Source: Desulfosudaceae bacterium (GTDB lineage Bacteria > Desulfobacterota > Desulfobacteria > Desulfobacterales > Desulfosudaceae). Taken from it: DNA of 64,000 nucleotides. Shown here one piece after another: positions 46,260 through 56,579 of the stretch. The DNA lies in the NCBI GenBank assembly GCA_963674745.2, contig CAXXDV010000001.1:1248001-1312000 (forward strand), read 5' to 3'. A program made the translations under genes and the position numbers. The first letter of the stretch is position 1. Each line of letters begins with the position of its first letter. The notes below the pieces were generated by a model. That model made no database searches. It was not told where the DNA came from and saw only the letters and a program-made list of their open reading frames with translations.

Positions 46260-48692
46260 ATGTCCGATAATAGCGCCGACCACGGAAAAAGGAATCTTTT
46301 AAAAAGCTGGTTTGCCGTAACCGGCGGCTGGATTTATCAACACCGGTGGCTGGTTTTAATGATATGTCTTGTCTTGCTGGGCCTGGCCGGTTCTCTGGGT
46401 TGGAGCGTTCGTTTTGATAACAGTTTTACAGCCTATTTTGACGAAGATGATCCCACCTATACGGCCTTTCTTGATTTCAGGGACGAATTTGGTTCGGATG
46501 AAACCTCATATATTCTCTACAGGGCGCCGGAGGCGGAGCATGGCGTCTGGAATATAGAGATAATGAAAAAAATTTACGGGCTGACCCAACAGCTGGAAGA
46601 AGAGGTTCCGTTTGTTAAAGATGTTGTTTCCCTGGCCAATGCCGAATTTATCGAGGGTGTTGAAGGAGAGCTGCTGGTCCATGATATTCTTGAAAATTTC
46701 CCGGAAAACCAGAAAGCGCTGCTGGATTTAAAAGCGCGGATAATGAACAAACCGATTTATATAAACGGGCTGGTCAGTAAAGACGGAAAGTATGGCGCGA
46801 TTATTATCGAGATGGAAAAAGCCAGTATTGATCCTATCGATGAAATTCGTTTTGATCCGGAAAAGGGAGATCAGATGGATAATCTGTATCCGCAGATTAC
46901 CCATGATCGGATTGAGGCGATTCTGACCATGCCGGAATATACCGGAATTGATTTTTATCATACCGGAGATGTTTCTTTAAATGCTTCCTACAACCGGATT
47001 TCTCAGTCGGAAAGTGTGCGGCTGGGGATTATCGCATTTGTCGTTATCGGCCTGATGCTGTTGTTCTTTTTTCGAAATGTCATGGGGATTGCCGGACCGT
47101 TGCTGATTATTTCAGGGTCGGTTGCTGCTGTTTACGGTTTTATGGGTTTAATGTCATGGACGCTTGATTTGATGTTTATTATGCTGCCGGCCCTGCTGGT
47201 GGCCGTGGGTGTCGCCGACGCGGTTCATCTTTTGTCCGAGTACAATCATTATTTTGATCAAGAATATGAGCGGAAAAAAGCCATCCAGCAGACCCTTTTT
47301 CTGATGGGCGTACCCTGTCTTTTTACGTCGTTAACGACCATGGCCGGTTTTGCCTCGATGAGTGTTTCACCCATAAAGGCCATCAAGCATTTTGCCATCT
47401 ACAGCTCGGTCGGCGTGGGCGCGGCTTTCGTGCTGACCGTGACCCTGCTGGTGGCCCTGGTTTCCTTCGGGCGAAAAATGCGTAAAAGAAAAACGGTTGA
47501 AAAAGAAGCCGGTGACCTGGAAGCCTCTTTTTTGGGAAGGGTGTTGATCCGGATAAGCGCTATTAATTTTAAAAACAAAGGCCTTATTCTCTTTGTTTTT
47601 ACGGGTTTGATTCTGTTCACCGGTGCGGGATTGTTTCGGCTAGAGGTGGACTCAAATTTTTTATCTGAATTTTCCACCCGGGCGGAAATCAGGCGCGTCA
47701 CCGAGTTTGTTGACCGGATTATGGGCGGATCAACCAGCTTCAGTTACGTGTTTGATTCCGGCCAGACGGACGGTGTAACCGATCCGGACTTTTTACGACA
47801 GATTGAAGCCATGCAGGTAGAGGCGGAAAAGAAAGATGTTATTATGAAGGCCTATTCCATTGTCGATTTACTCAAGGATATTAACCGGGAATTTCACAAT
47901 GGAGATACGGACTATTATCGAATACCGGAAACCCGGGAAATGGCAGCGCAACTGCTTCTGGTGTATGAAATGTCGGGCGGCGATGATCTTACGGACTACC
48001 TGTCCGGAGATTTTCGTAAAGCCCGGCTGGAGCTGCGATGTCAGGCCGTGGCCAGCAGCAGGTATAAAAAAACAGTGGAAGAACTGGATGTCTATCTGAA
48101 ATCGAGGGCCAAAGCAGACCTGTATCCTGCGCCGATTTTGTCCGGCATGGGAACGTTATGGTTGAAGCTGCTGGATTATATCACCAGCAGCCAGATCCTG
48201 GGGTTTTCTATCGCTTTTTGCGTTATCGCCGCCATGATGTGCCTTGTCCTTGGTTCCTGGCGCGTGGGCATGCTGTCCATGATTCCCAACCTGTCACCGA
48301 TTATCATCACCCTCGGCCTGATGGGTTGGTTGGGTATTGAGCTGGATTACGTTAAACTGTTGATCGGCTGTGTTGCCATCGGGTTGGCGGTGGATGATAC
48401 GGTGCACATGATCGTTCGTTATCAGCACGAATTCAGCGTTAGAAAAAATTACCGGGAGGCCCTGACCGCGTCTTTTCTGGGCGTGGGTCGGGCGCTGTTT
48501 ATTACCTCGATCGTCCTGGTGGCCGGATTCCTGGTGTATGTGTTTTCAATCATGCAGACACTGGTGGATTTCGGCCTTCTGGTGGCCTTTACAATCGTGA
48601 TGGCGCTTCTGGCGGACTTCTTTCTGTTGCCGGCGCTGGTGCTTTTCTTGAAGCCGTTTGGTCCGGAATATCCGACGCCGGCGGAAGGGTGA
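46260..48692 (+). CDS. MMPL/RND family transporter
   Basis: Two TM repeats with GVADAVH and GLAVDDTVH. Confidence 0.9.
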   Translation: MSDNSADHGKRNLLKSWFAVTGGWIYQHRWLVLMICLVLLGLAGSLGWSVRFDNSFTAYFDEDDPTYTAFLDFRDEFGSDETSYILYRAPEAEHGVWNIEIMKKIYGLTQQLEEEVPFVKDVVSLANAEFIEGVEGELLVHDILENFPENQKALLDLKARIMNKPIYINGLVSKDGKYGAIIIEMEKASIDPIDEIRFDPEKGDQMDNLYPQITHDRIEAILTMPEYTGIDFYHTGDVSLNASYNRISQSESVRLGIIAFVVIGLMLLFFFRNVMGIAGPLLIISGSVAAVYGFMGLMSWTLDLMFIMLPALLVAVGVADAVHLLSEYNHYFDQEYERKKAIQQTLFLMGVPCLFTSLTTMAGFASMSVSPIKAIKHFAIYSSVGVGAAFVLTVTLLVALVSFGRKMRKRKTVEKEAGDLEASFLGRVLIRISAINFKNKGLILFVFTGLILFTGAGLFRLEVDSNFLSEFSTRAEIRRVTEFVDRIMGGSTSFSYVFDSGQTDGVTDPDFLRQIEAMQVEAEKKDVIMKAYSIVDLLKDINREFHNGDTDYYRIPETREMAAQLLLVYEMSGGDDLTDYLSGDFRKARLELRCQAVASSRYKKTVEELDVYLKSRAKADLYPAPILSGMGTLWLKLLDYITSSQILGFSIAFCVIAAMMCLVLGSWRVGMLSMIPNLSPIIITLGLMGWLGIELDYVKLLIGCVAIGLAVDDTVHMIVRYQHEFSVRKNYREALTASFLGVGRALFITSIVLVAGFLVYVFSIMQTLVDFGLLVAFTIVMALLADFFLLPALVLFLKPFGPEYPTPAEG

Positions 48693-48718
48693 TTTTTAGA
48701 GAAACCCTTAAGTTTACA

Positions 48719-48772
48719 AAAAGAAAAAGACCGTGTGTCCCTGTTTTCATAAACACACGGTCTTTTTCTTTT
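48719..48772. terminator. Bidirectional terminator between convergent RND genes
   Basis: 20-bp inverted repeat AAAAGAAAAAGACCGTGTGT/ACACACGGTCTTTTTCTTTT. Confidence 0.85.
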
Positions 48773-48792
48773 CGGACCAGGTCAAAAAACGG

Positions 48793-51144
48793 TTATTCTA
48801 CTTTTTTCGGTTTTACCAGAAAACAGGCCAGCGCCGGGAGAAGCAGCAGGGCGCCGAGCATGTTCACAAAAAACATGAAGGTCAGCAGGATGCCCATGTC
48901 GGCCTGAAATTTGAGCGGTGAAAAGATCCAGGTGACCACGCCGATGGCCAGGGTTATACCGGTAAAAAGCACGCCGATACCGGTCACGCCCAGCGTGTTT
49001 TCATATGCTTCTTGCAGCGAGACCCCTTCCTCTAAAAAGGTCCGGATGCGGCTGAAAATATAAATACCATAATCAACACCAACACCGACACCCAGAGCCA
49101 CCACGGGCAGGGTCGAAACCTTGAGACCGATTTCCAGCAGACTCATTAAAGCATAAGCCAGAATTGAAACCAGGCCCAGGGGCAAAACAACGCACAACAT
49201 GCCGCGGAAAGACCGGAAGGTAATCAGGCACAGAAAGATGATAGCTGAAAACACATAAAAAAGTATCGGAAACTGGGAAGCCGCCACTTCTTCATTGGTC
49301 GCCGCCATGACCCCGACGCTGCCTGTAGCCAGCCGGAACTTGATTTTGTCTGTTCCGTATTTTTCCCGGAACTTTTTAACTTCCGCGACAATTCTTTCGA
49401 TGGTTTCAGCCTTGTGGTCTTTGGTAAAAATCATGACCGGCATCACATCGCCACAAGAATTGTAAAGACCGCTGCCGGTAGGGATGTAGGCGACCGACTG
49501 GATCAAAACACTCTGATTTCTGGATAGCACCCGCCACTTGGGGCTGCCCTCGTTCCAGCCGGAATTGATAATTTTGGCGATATCCGGCAGGCTGATGACT
49601 GACTGGACACCCGGCACATTACGCATATGCCACCCGAACCGGTCAATCAGTTCCATGGTATCATAATCAATACAACCTTCTTTTGTTGTTTCCACAATGA
49701 CTGAAATAATATCCACCCCGATGGAAAAACGGTTGCTGACAATCTCCGAATCAATGTTATACCGGGAATTGGGTCGTAACTCGGGCACACCCCGGTGAAG
49801 GTCGCCGATTTTTACATCCATGGCTTTCCAGCTGCCCAGCACAAGGAGTACGAGGGCAACCAAAAGGGTAATGCCAGCGGGCTTGGGCGTCGTTATTCTG
49901 GCCAGTTTATGCCAGATGGGTCTTAGAGAACGGCGTTGACGGTCAATACGCTGTTTATATTTTTCATTATAGCTCAGATAAGACATGAGCACCGGAATCA
50001 GGATCAGGTTGGTTAAAATGATGATGGCCACACCGATACTGGCCGTAATGGCCAGTTCCTGAATGATACGGATTTTAATAAACAGAATCGTGACAAACCC
50101 GATGGTATCACTTATCAGGGCAACGCTCCCCGGAACAAGCAGCCGCCGGAAGCTTTCCCTGGCGGCCTCCATGCCGTTGTGGCCGGACAGAACCATTGTT
50201 TTGACAACGCTGACCATTTGAACACCATGGCTGACGCCGATGGCAAAAATAAGGAACGGTACCAGGATGCCCATGGGGTCAATACCGTAACCCATGGCCG
50301 TCAGGATACCCAGTTGCCAGATCACGGCCATCAGGGAGGCGGTCAGGGGGATAATCGTCAGTTTGAGAGAAAGGGTATAAAAATAGATTAACAGGGCGGT
50401 GATCAGAAACGTAAAACCAAAAAAAAGAATCACCCGCGCCACACCATCGGCGATATCACCGATTACTTTGGCAAAGCCGATGATATGGATGCTAAAACGG
50501 TTGCCGGCATCCTGGTTTTCATATTTTTCCCGGATCTCTTTTTCAAGCTTGTGCGCTAAGTCAACAGGGTCCAACCGCTTTCCTGTGTCAGGGTTGATTT
50601 CCATCAGTTGAGCGCTGACAATGGCACCGGAAAAATCATTGGCAATCAATCGTCCGACGATGCCGGCTTTGAGGATATTGCTTCTGACGCGGGCAAGGCC
50701 TTCTTTTGTGGGCTTAAAATCGTTCGGTATGACATTGCCGCCGGCAATACCGTCTTCGACCACCTCCGTGTAACGGACATTGGGCGTAAAAATAGACTTT
50801 ACCTGGGCGCGATCCACGCCGGGCAGAAAAAACACATCGTCGGTGACGTTTTTTAACAGCTCGAAAAACTCCGGCGTAAAAATATCACCCTCTTTAGTCA
50901 TCACAGCAATGAGAATACGGTTGGCCCCGCCGAAATCCTTCCGGTGTTCAACATAGGTTTTCATGTATTCGTGTTCAAGCGGTAGCAGTTTTTCAAAACC
51001 GGCATCTATTCTCAAGTGGGTGACGGAAAAGAGCATGTAAACCGTGATCAGAACAAAAAAACAGATGACCAGTAAACGGTTTTTAAAAATAAGATCTTCA
51101 AACCGGGACTTAATGGAAGCGTTTTTCATAATCATAGGATCCAT
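48793..51144 (-). CDS. MMPL/RND family transporter
   Basis: FAIGVSHGVQ, GVGVDYGIY, LKFQADMG. Confidence 0.92.
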   Translation of the reverse strand: MDPMIMKNASIKSRFEDLIFKNRLLVICFFVLITVYMLFSVTHLRIDAGFEKLLPLEHEYMKTYVEHRKDFGGANRILIAVMTKEGDIFTPEFFELLKNVTDDVFFLPGVDRAQVKSIFTPNVRYTEVVEDGIAGGNVIPNDFKPTKEGLARVRSNILKAGIVGRLIANDFSGAIVSAQLMEINPDTGKRLDPVDLAHKLEKEIREKYENQDAGNRFSIHIIGFAKVIGDIADGVARVILFFGFTFLITALLIYFYTLSLKLTIIPLTASLMAVIWQLGILTAMGYGIDPMGILVPFLIFAIGVSHGVQMVSVVKTMVLSGHNGMEAARESFRRLLVPGSVALISDTIGFVTILFIKIRIIQELAITASIGVAIIILTNLILIPVLMSYLSYNEKYKQRIDRQRRSLRPIWHKLARITTPKPAGITLLVALVLLVLGSWKAMDVKIGDLHRGVPELRPNSRYNIDSEIVSNRFSIGVDIISVIVETTKEGCIDYDTMELIDRFGWHMRNVPGVQSVISLPDIAKIINSGWNEGSPKWRVLSRNQSVLIQSVAYIPTGSGLYNSCGDVMPVMIFTKDHKAETIERIVAEVKKFREKYGTDKIKFRLATGSVGVMAATNEEVAASQFPILFYVFSAIIFLCLITFRSFRGMLCVVLPLGLVSILAYALMSLLEIGLKVSTLPVVALGVGVGVDYGIYIFSRIRTFLEEGVSLQEAYENTLGVTGIGVLFTGITLAIGVVTWIFSPLKFQADMGILLTFMFFVNMLGALLLLPALACFLVKPKKVE

Positions 51145-51204
51145 TCGGGCTTGAGTTAATAAACAAGAAAAGTCAAAAAACTCGTTTGGTTAAAGTGGTA
51201 AAAA

Positions 51205-52206
51205 TCATTTTGTTTCGGACAGAAAAAACCGTTTTACGCCTTGATCGCCGACAAGAAGGACGGTATTGTTGTCAACCGGCAAAATCGAGACAATGCTCAT
51301 CCGGTCCGACTGCTGGCGTATTTTAAACGATTTTCCACCATCCTCGCTGATGAGAAGAATACCGCCCATGCCTCCGATGACAATACGTCCGTCATCTAAA
51401 CGGGTTCCCCCGTTAAACAGGACTTTGACGGGGATATTGATTTGCTCCCAGTTCGCGCCGGCATCTTCGGATCGGTACACATGACCCTGGAGGCCGAAAA
51501 TAAGCACGGTATCACCGTCCAGTGGAAGCGTCCCGAAAAAAGAGCCGCCATAGGGTGACGGCAATGAAACCCAGGTTTGCCCCAGGTCATCCGAGCGGTA
51601 TATCGTTCCCGCCTCACCGGCAATATAAAGCTTGCCGTTATCGGACATCCGGACCTGATTTAAGTGCCAGTCATCCTCGCTGACCATTTTATCGGTCCAG
51701 TTCAGGCCACCGTCTTTTGTCGTCAGAAAATAACCGTAGGCCCCGATGGCAAAGCCTTTCTCGGGGTTCTGAAACCAGACATCCAGCAGCGGCCGCTCTT
51801 CTTCAGGGGCGGAATATACCAGGGACCAGTTTTTCCCACCATCGGTGGTTCGAAGAATTACGGCGTCGTGACCGACCGCCCAGCCCAGTTTTTTGTCATG
51901 GAAATAAACACCGGTCAGGGTGGCAAGGGTCTGGACTTTGGCCTGCGTCCACGTATTTCCCCCATCATCCGAATAAAGAATATGCCCCCTCTCTCCGACA
52001 ACGACCATCCGGTCTCCCGCAAAACAACCGGCCAGTAAAAGTGTTTTAGCGGCCAGCGGGGCGATAACGGAATATTCAGGCGGTGGTTCGGCGGCAGGCA
52101 GCGCAACGGAAAACAGGGCAGACGAAACAAAACAGACAAACAAAATCACAGCGGGGTTCTTTTTTAAAAACAGCGCTGGAAAAAAAAATTTTTTTAACCG
52201 GTTCAT
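51205..52206 (-). CDS. YCF48-related beta-propeller protein
   Basis: VGERGHIL and repeated S/TxDGGxxW Asp boxes. Confidence 0.9.
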   Translation of the reverse strand: MNRLKKFFFPALFLKKNPAVILFVCFVSSALFSVALPAAEPPPEYSVIAPLAAKTLLLAGCFAGDRMVVVGERGHILYSDDGGNTWTQAKVQTLATLTGVYFHDKKLGWAVGHDAVILRTTDGGKNWSLVYSAPEEERPLLDVWFQNPEKGFAIGAYGYFLTTKDGGLNWTDKMVSEDDWHLNQVRMSDNGKLYIAGEAGTIYRSDDLGQTWVSLPSPYGGSFFGTLPLDGDTVLIFGLQGHVYRSEDAGANWEQINIPVKVLFNGGTRLDDGRIVIGGMGGILLISEDGGKSFKIRQQSDRMSIVSILPVDNNTVLLVGDQGVKRFFLSETK

Positions 52207-52235
52207 AAAAAGTAAATCCCTGTTGCCAGATTAAA

Positions 52236-52268
52236 AGATAAAGCCGGGAGGGCGGCCACCCTCCCGGC
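52236..52268 (-). terminator. Intra-operon hairpin/terminator after DUF1329
   Basis: GCCGGGAGGG/CCCTCCCGGC stem followed by a T-rich run on the minus strand. Confidence 0.65.
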
Positions 52269-52305
52269 CAACCACATGTTTTTTTAATCGCTTTTCGAGG
52301 CGAAA

Positions 52306-53673
52306 CTACCTTCTTCCCTGGCGTCTCAACGCGGCCGGGGTAAAGTCTTCCTTGGATAATTCAATGTCAAACTCCGGCACCGAGCTTTCATTCATCAGGC
52401 CCAGGGCGAGATACCGGCCGGATTGAAGATCGCCATGCACCTCCAGGGTGGTCCACAGGTTGGGTATGCTATAATAGTTCATTGCATGGCCTTCGTCATA
52501 CCGCCAGAGCTGATCACGGTTGTCATAGATATCGGCCAAAAGAATCTGCCAGGAGTCTTCATCCACGTAAAACGTGCGGCGTTTATAAAGATGGCGGCTG
52601 CCTTCCTTTAGCGTGGCCTCTACAACCCAGACCCGGTGAAGTTCATAGCGGCAGACATCCGGATTGAGATGCAGGGGGGTCAGGATGTCTTCGTATTTCA
52701 GCTTGTCACTGTGAAGCCTGTACTCATTATAGGGCACGTAAAGTTCTTTTTTGCCCACCAGCTTCCAGTCATAGCGGTCGGTTGCGCCGGAAAACATATC
52801 AAACTGATCCGTCGTACGCACGCCGTCAGCCGCCGTTCCCGGATTATCATAAGCCACGTTGGGCGCCCTGCGGACCCGCCGCTGACCCGGGTTGTAAATC
52901 CAGGCCGAACGGGGTTCGACAACCTGGTTCATGGTTTCATGGACCAGCAGGATGCCGCCGGCCAGCCGGGCCGGCGCCACGACTTCCTGCTTAAAGTACG
53001 CCACGACATTACCCACAGTTTCCGGCGTCGCGCCTTCATGGGCGTAAAGCATGTCCCACGAATCTTCCATTTTAACCAGGGTGTAATCACCGCTTCGGGT
53101 CAATACGGCCTGGGCAATGGAGCGTGCGGCGGTTACACAGCGATAGCGCAGGATGTGGTTCCAGATGACCTCCAGACCGTTTTTGGGAATCGGGAACGGG
53201 GTACCGATAGCCGAATTTTTCACGCCGTAACCGTTTTCCACCAGCTCAGCCGTGGCGGCCGCTTTTTTGGTCGCTTCGTAAATCCGTTCCGGAAAGGCAG
53301 CGGTGCGGCGGGTCTGATATACGTTCATCTTAAAAGTGTCATATGTTTCCAGCATGGCCTTTTGGGCGGCCGACAGCTTATCGGCATACTGGTTCATATT
53401 GTCCTTGGTGATGGTAAACAGGGCTTTATCGTCGGGAAACGGGTCGATGTAATGCATGCCGGGTTGGTAACCCGCCGGCGGTGTGGTGATCCCGCCGGTC
53501 CAGGCCGGAATGGTGCCGTCGGCGTTGCCGGCCCTTTCACCACCCATGGGCGTCAGGTCCTTGTCCAGGCGGGCGATTTCCTCAGGTGACATCTTGGCGC
53601 CGGCCGATGAGGCGACAACAGCCAGCAGCATTGCAAGACTGATACATAAGAGCTTTTTTTTCAACATAATCAA
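52306..53673 (-). CDS. DUF1329 periplasmic protein
   Basis: LTPMGGERAGNADGTIPAWTGG, PGQRRVRRAP, RYELHRVWVVEA. Confidence 0.9.
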   Translation of the reverse strand: MIMLKKKLLCISLAMLLAVVASSAGAKMSPEEIARLDKDLTPMGGERAGNADGTIPAWTGGITTPPAGYQPGMHYIDPFPDDKALFTITKDNMNQYADKLSAAQKAMLETYDTFKMNVYQTRRTAAFPERIYEATKKAAATAELVENGYGVKNSAIGTPFPIPKNGLEVIWNHILRYRCVTAARSIAQAVLTRSGDYTLVKMEDSWDMLYAHEGATPETVGNVVAYFKQEVVAPARLAGGILLVHETMNQVVEPRSAWIYNPGQRRVRRAPNVAYDNPGTAADGVRTTDQFDMFSGATDRYDWKLVGKKELYVPYNEYRLHSDKLKYEDILTPLHLNPDVCRYELHRVWVVEATLKEGSRHLYKRRTFYVDEDSWQILLADIYDNRDQLWRYDEGHAMNYYSIPNLWTTLEVHGDLQSGRYLALGLMNESSVPEFDIELSKEDFTPAALRRQGRR

Positions 53674-53684
53674 TCTCCCATTAT

Positions 53685-55598
53685 TTAGAATGAATATTTG
53701 ATGTTGGCTTGTACAAAGTCACGATCATTGATCAGGTTGTACCGGCCCGCGCCGAAGTAGTTCGTATAACTGACATCAACCGACCAGGCGCTTAAATACG
53801 TTGCTGTTACACCAAAGGTAACGGCCTTGCGGTTTTCAAGGAAATTTCCCCCCGGACCCGGAGTGTTTCCGTCTACGTCATGTTGCCAGACAAGGCGGGG
53901 TGAAAGACCGATGGCGCCGATAGCATCTTCGTATGTCAGTTTGGTCAGCAACCGGTATCCCCAGGAATTGGCGTCCGCAAAATGTCGTGAAGTTTCAGAT
54001 GCTTTTCCGGCATGGGCGCCGCCGAACGGTTTGGTCGGATCCATACCCGGCAAAACCGCCTGGGACGGGTTGCCGGTGGTATAAGAACCGGCAGACTCAA
54101 GGCGCAACTCACTTTTGCTCGGCATATCATCGACATAGGTATATCCGACTTCACAGAGCATGGTCAGGTTGTCGGCGCCGAAGGTCGGCCCGAAGACCTG
54201 GGTGGCGGTCATCGTTGCCGTCGTTACGTCTCTTTCGATATAACCGTGAATAATCTCATTGGGACCATAGGTTTCGTTAAAGTACTGGCTGACCTGGTTG
54301 TCTTTATAGGTCGGGTTGAACTCGATGGGTGACAGGTAGGCCAGGATCAATTCCACATCATCGATCTGCAGGGGAAGGTCAGGACGGTAGGCGACTTCCC
54401 CCTGGAGGGCGATGCCGGTGGCGCCCAGGGAGGTGTTGAAACTGAGGCCGTACATCTCGATATCTTCCGGATATTCGGTAAAGTAAAAACCGGTTTTGGA
54501 ATAATTGTTGACGCAAGCGCCGGCGGCTGCTGAAACGTCGCCACCCACCGCCGCAACGGTTTGCTGAAAGGCGGCTGCGGACGAACCGGCCACACCCGCT
54601 TCGGTTCCGGTCTGGGTGCTTAATATGGGCACCCGGCTGTGATAATTCATATAGTAAAAGCTGAATTCCGTATCATTCAGGGCTTCGGAAAAATAACGGA
54701 ACGCGAGACCATACTGACCGTCGTCATCAGCCTTTGCGTCCGGCCCGCGTTTAACCATCAGAAATTCCGGATCGAAACCCATTGGCCCCAGATCCGTTCC
54801 TTCGTCGGAAATCGAACCAAAAGCCAGTACCACATATTTCCCCCCTTCACCGGCCGCGTCCGAGGTGGAAAAATAGGATCCCGGGGGATCAACATCGGTA
54901 TTGTCCCAGTCATACAGGTACAACGCTTCCAGGGTTGTGCTGTCAGTAAGACCGAATGAACCGTAGACCATGCCTTCAGGAACCAGCGCTTCTTTTAATT
55001 CGGCACCGGGTACCCGGATAGCGCTGACATTTATGGGGTTGATGGTGTTGATACCGCCCTGGAAAAAAGTGCCTTCCCCCCAGCTGACGACCTGATCACC
55101 AACGCGGAGATCAATGGGCATGCCGAAAACGTCAAAAGACCCGGAAAGATAGGCGTCAAGTACTCTGGCATCGCTTCCCACCAGCTCCAGGGCGTCATCA
55201 GACAGTTCCATTTTGTCCATGTGGCGGTTTTCGACTTCAAAATCATAAAAAGCCGTGCCCCGGACAAAGGCGCCCAGATTTTTATACGTCAGAAGCAAAT
55301 CGGACGTTATTTTTGGCGCGTTTCCGACAAGGCCTTCGCCGAAGTTCAGGTTTCCATTATCGCCGTTTACAGAGAACGCGTTACCGCCGTTCATCAGGCC
55401 GATAATGTCCTGGTCCCGGTCCTGTACGCGCCATTTCAAGCCATAGGAGAGTGTCGTGTCAAAACTACCCTGGATTTCTCCCATTTCAAACATTAAAGCA
55501 TGGGCCGGTTTAACGAAACCGGGAATTAAAATTGTCGAAAATAAAAATACCCCCCCCGACAACAACCAGACAAAAAGATGTAATGGTTTGATTTTCAT
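53685..55598 (-). CDS. DUF1302 outer-membrane protein
   Basis: NGDNGNLNF, GDQVVSWGE, PGAELKE, DRDF...YSF end. Confidence 0.88.
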   Translation of the reverse strand: MKIKPLHLFVWLLSGGVFLFSTILIPGFVKPAHALMFEMGEIQGSFDTTLSYGLKWRVQDRDQDIIGLMNGGNAFSVNGDNGNLNFGEGLVGNAPKITSDLLLTYKNLGAFVRGTAFYDFEVENRHMDKMELSDDALELVGSDARVLDAYLSGSFDVFGMPIDLRVGDQVVSWGEGTFFQGGINTINPINVSAIRVPGAELKEALVPEGMVYGSFGLTDSTTLEALYLYDWDNTDVDPPGSYFSTSDAAGEGGKYVVLAFGSISDEGTDLGPMGFDPEFLMVKRGPDAKADDDGQYGLAFRYFSEALNDTEFSFYYMNYHSRVPILSTQTGTEAGVAGSSAAAFQQTVAAVGGDVSAAAGACVNNYSKTGFYFTEYPEDIEMYGLSFNTSLGATGIALQGEVAYRPDLPLQIDDVELILAYLSPIEFNPTYKDNQVSQYFNETYGPNEIIHGYIERDVTTATMTATQVFGPTFGADNLTMLCEVGYTYVDDMPSKSELRLESAGSYTTGNPSQAVLPGMDPTKPFGGAHAGKASETSRHFADANSWGYRLLTKLTYEDAIGAIGLSPRLVWQHDVDGNTPGPGGNFLENRKAVTFGVTATYLSAWSVDVSYTNYFGAGRYNLINDRDFVQANIKYSF

Positions 55599-55697
55599 AA
55601 GCCCTCCCCGCGAAAGAGTTAATTAAGAATGATACATTGATAGGAATACGGTTGACATTCTTTAACCACCAGAAACACGGTTAATTTTGTAGAACAA

Positions 55698-55726
55698 AGT
55701 TTAGCAAAAGAAAAAGGCGGTGTCAA
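55698..55726 (-). promoter_or_regulatory. sigma70 promoter of the DUF1302 operon
   Basis: TTGACA-17 bp-TAAACT with TGn extension on the minus strand. Confidence 0.6.
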
Positions 55727-55758
55727 TGCTTTTGCGGGCAGGGTTTTACGAAAAAGCG

Positions 55759-56565
55759 TTATCCGTTTCCGGACACCTGCTTTCCGGCTTCGGCCGCCGC
55801 ACCCAGGGCGCCCATCAGTTGCGGGTCAACTGAAAGGGGTTCGAGCTCCATTCGCAGCATTCGGGCCAGGTGGGTGGTCAGGCCGCGGCTCTTGGAGCAG
55901 CCGCCGGTAACCGTCACTTTCGGCTGGATGCCGACGCGTTTTAACAGCGTGAAGCTGCGTTTGGCGATGGAGGCCTGAATACCGGCGGCAATGTCGGCGG
56001 CCGGTTTTTTCTTGCTCAGCAGGCTGATAACTTCTGTTTCGGCAAATACGCTGCATTGAGACGTAATGGGAATGACCGATTTGGCCTGCATGGAGAGCTC
56101 GGAAAACTGGTCCAGATCCATTTTGAAGATGCGACTCATCATTTCCAGAAATCGTCCGGTGCCGGCCGCACACTTATCGTTCATGACAAATTCCCGAACC
56201 CGGCCCTGATCGTTCAAGGCGATGGCTTTGACGTCCTGTCCGCCGATATCGAGAACAGTGCGGACCCCCGGGTTGCAGAAATAAACACCCGAAGCGTGGC
56301 AGGTGATTTCGGAGATGTTGTCATGGGCAAAGGGCACCTCGTTTCGACCGTAGCCGGTTCCGATCAGGCGGGTAAGGCTGCTTATTCCGTTCAGCCCTTC
56401 CACCTGCCTGCCGGCCAGCGCCAGCACTTTGGTGGCGGTCTCTTCAGGATCGATTTCACTGGGGATAATGGCCGTGCCGACAATAGCGTTGTCTTTTAAA
56501 ATGACGGCTTTGCCGGTGGTGGATCCGACATCACAACCGCCGAAAAAAAGTGCTTCCGTACCCAT
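55759..56565 (-). CDS. Acyl-CoA dehydratase activase (HgdC/BcrAD family)
   Basis: GCDVGSTTGK, TGYGR, DIGGQD, CAAGTG, CSVFAE. Confidence 0.92.
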   Translation of the reverse strand: MGTEALFFGGCDVGSTTGKAVILKDNAIVGTAIIPSEIDPEETATKVLALAGRQVEGLNGISSLTRLIGTGYGRNEVPFAHDNISEITCHASGVYFCNPGVRTVLDIGGQDVKAIALNDQGRVREFVMNDKCAAGTGRFLEMMSRIFKMDLDQFSELSMQAKSVIPITSQCSVFAETEVISLLSKKKPAADIAAGIQASIAKRSFTLLKRVGIQPKVTVTGGCSKSRGLTTHLARMLRMELEPLSVDPQLMGALGAAAEAGKQVSGNG

Positions 56566-56579
56566 AAGAAGTTTCTCCG

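Noticed and set aside
52636..53589. Long antisense ORFs (also 10892..11590, 13798..14508, 23215..24090)
   Set aside because: Shadow frames of well-supported genes, with no motifs of their own.
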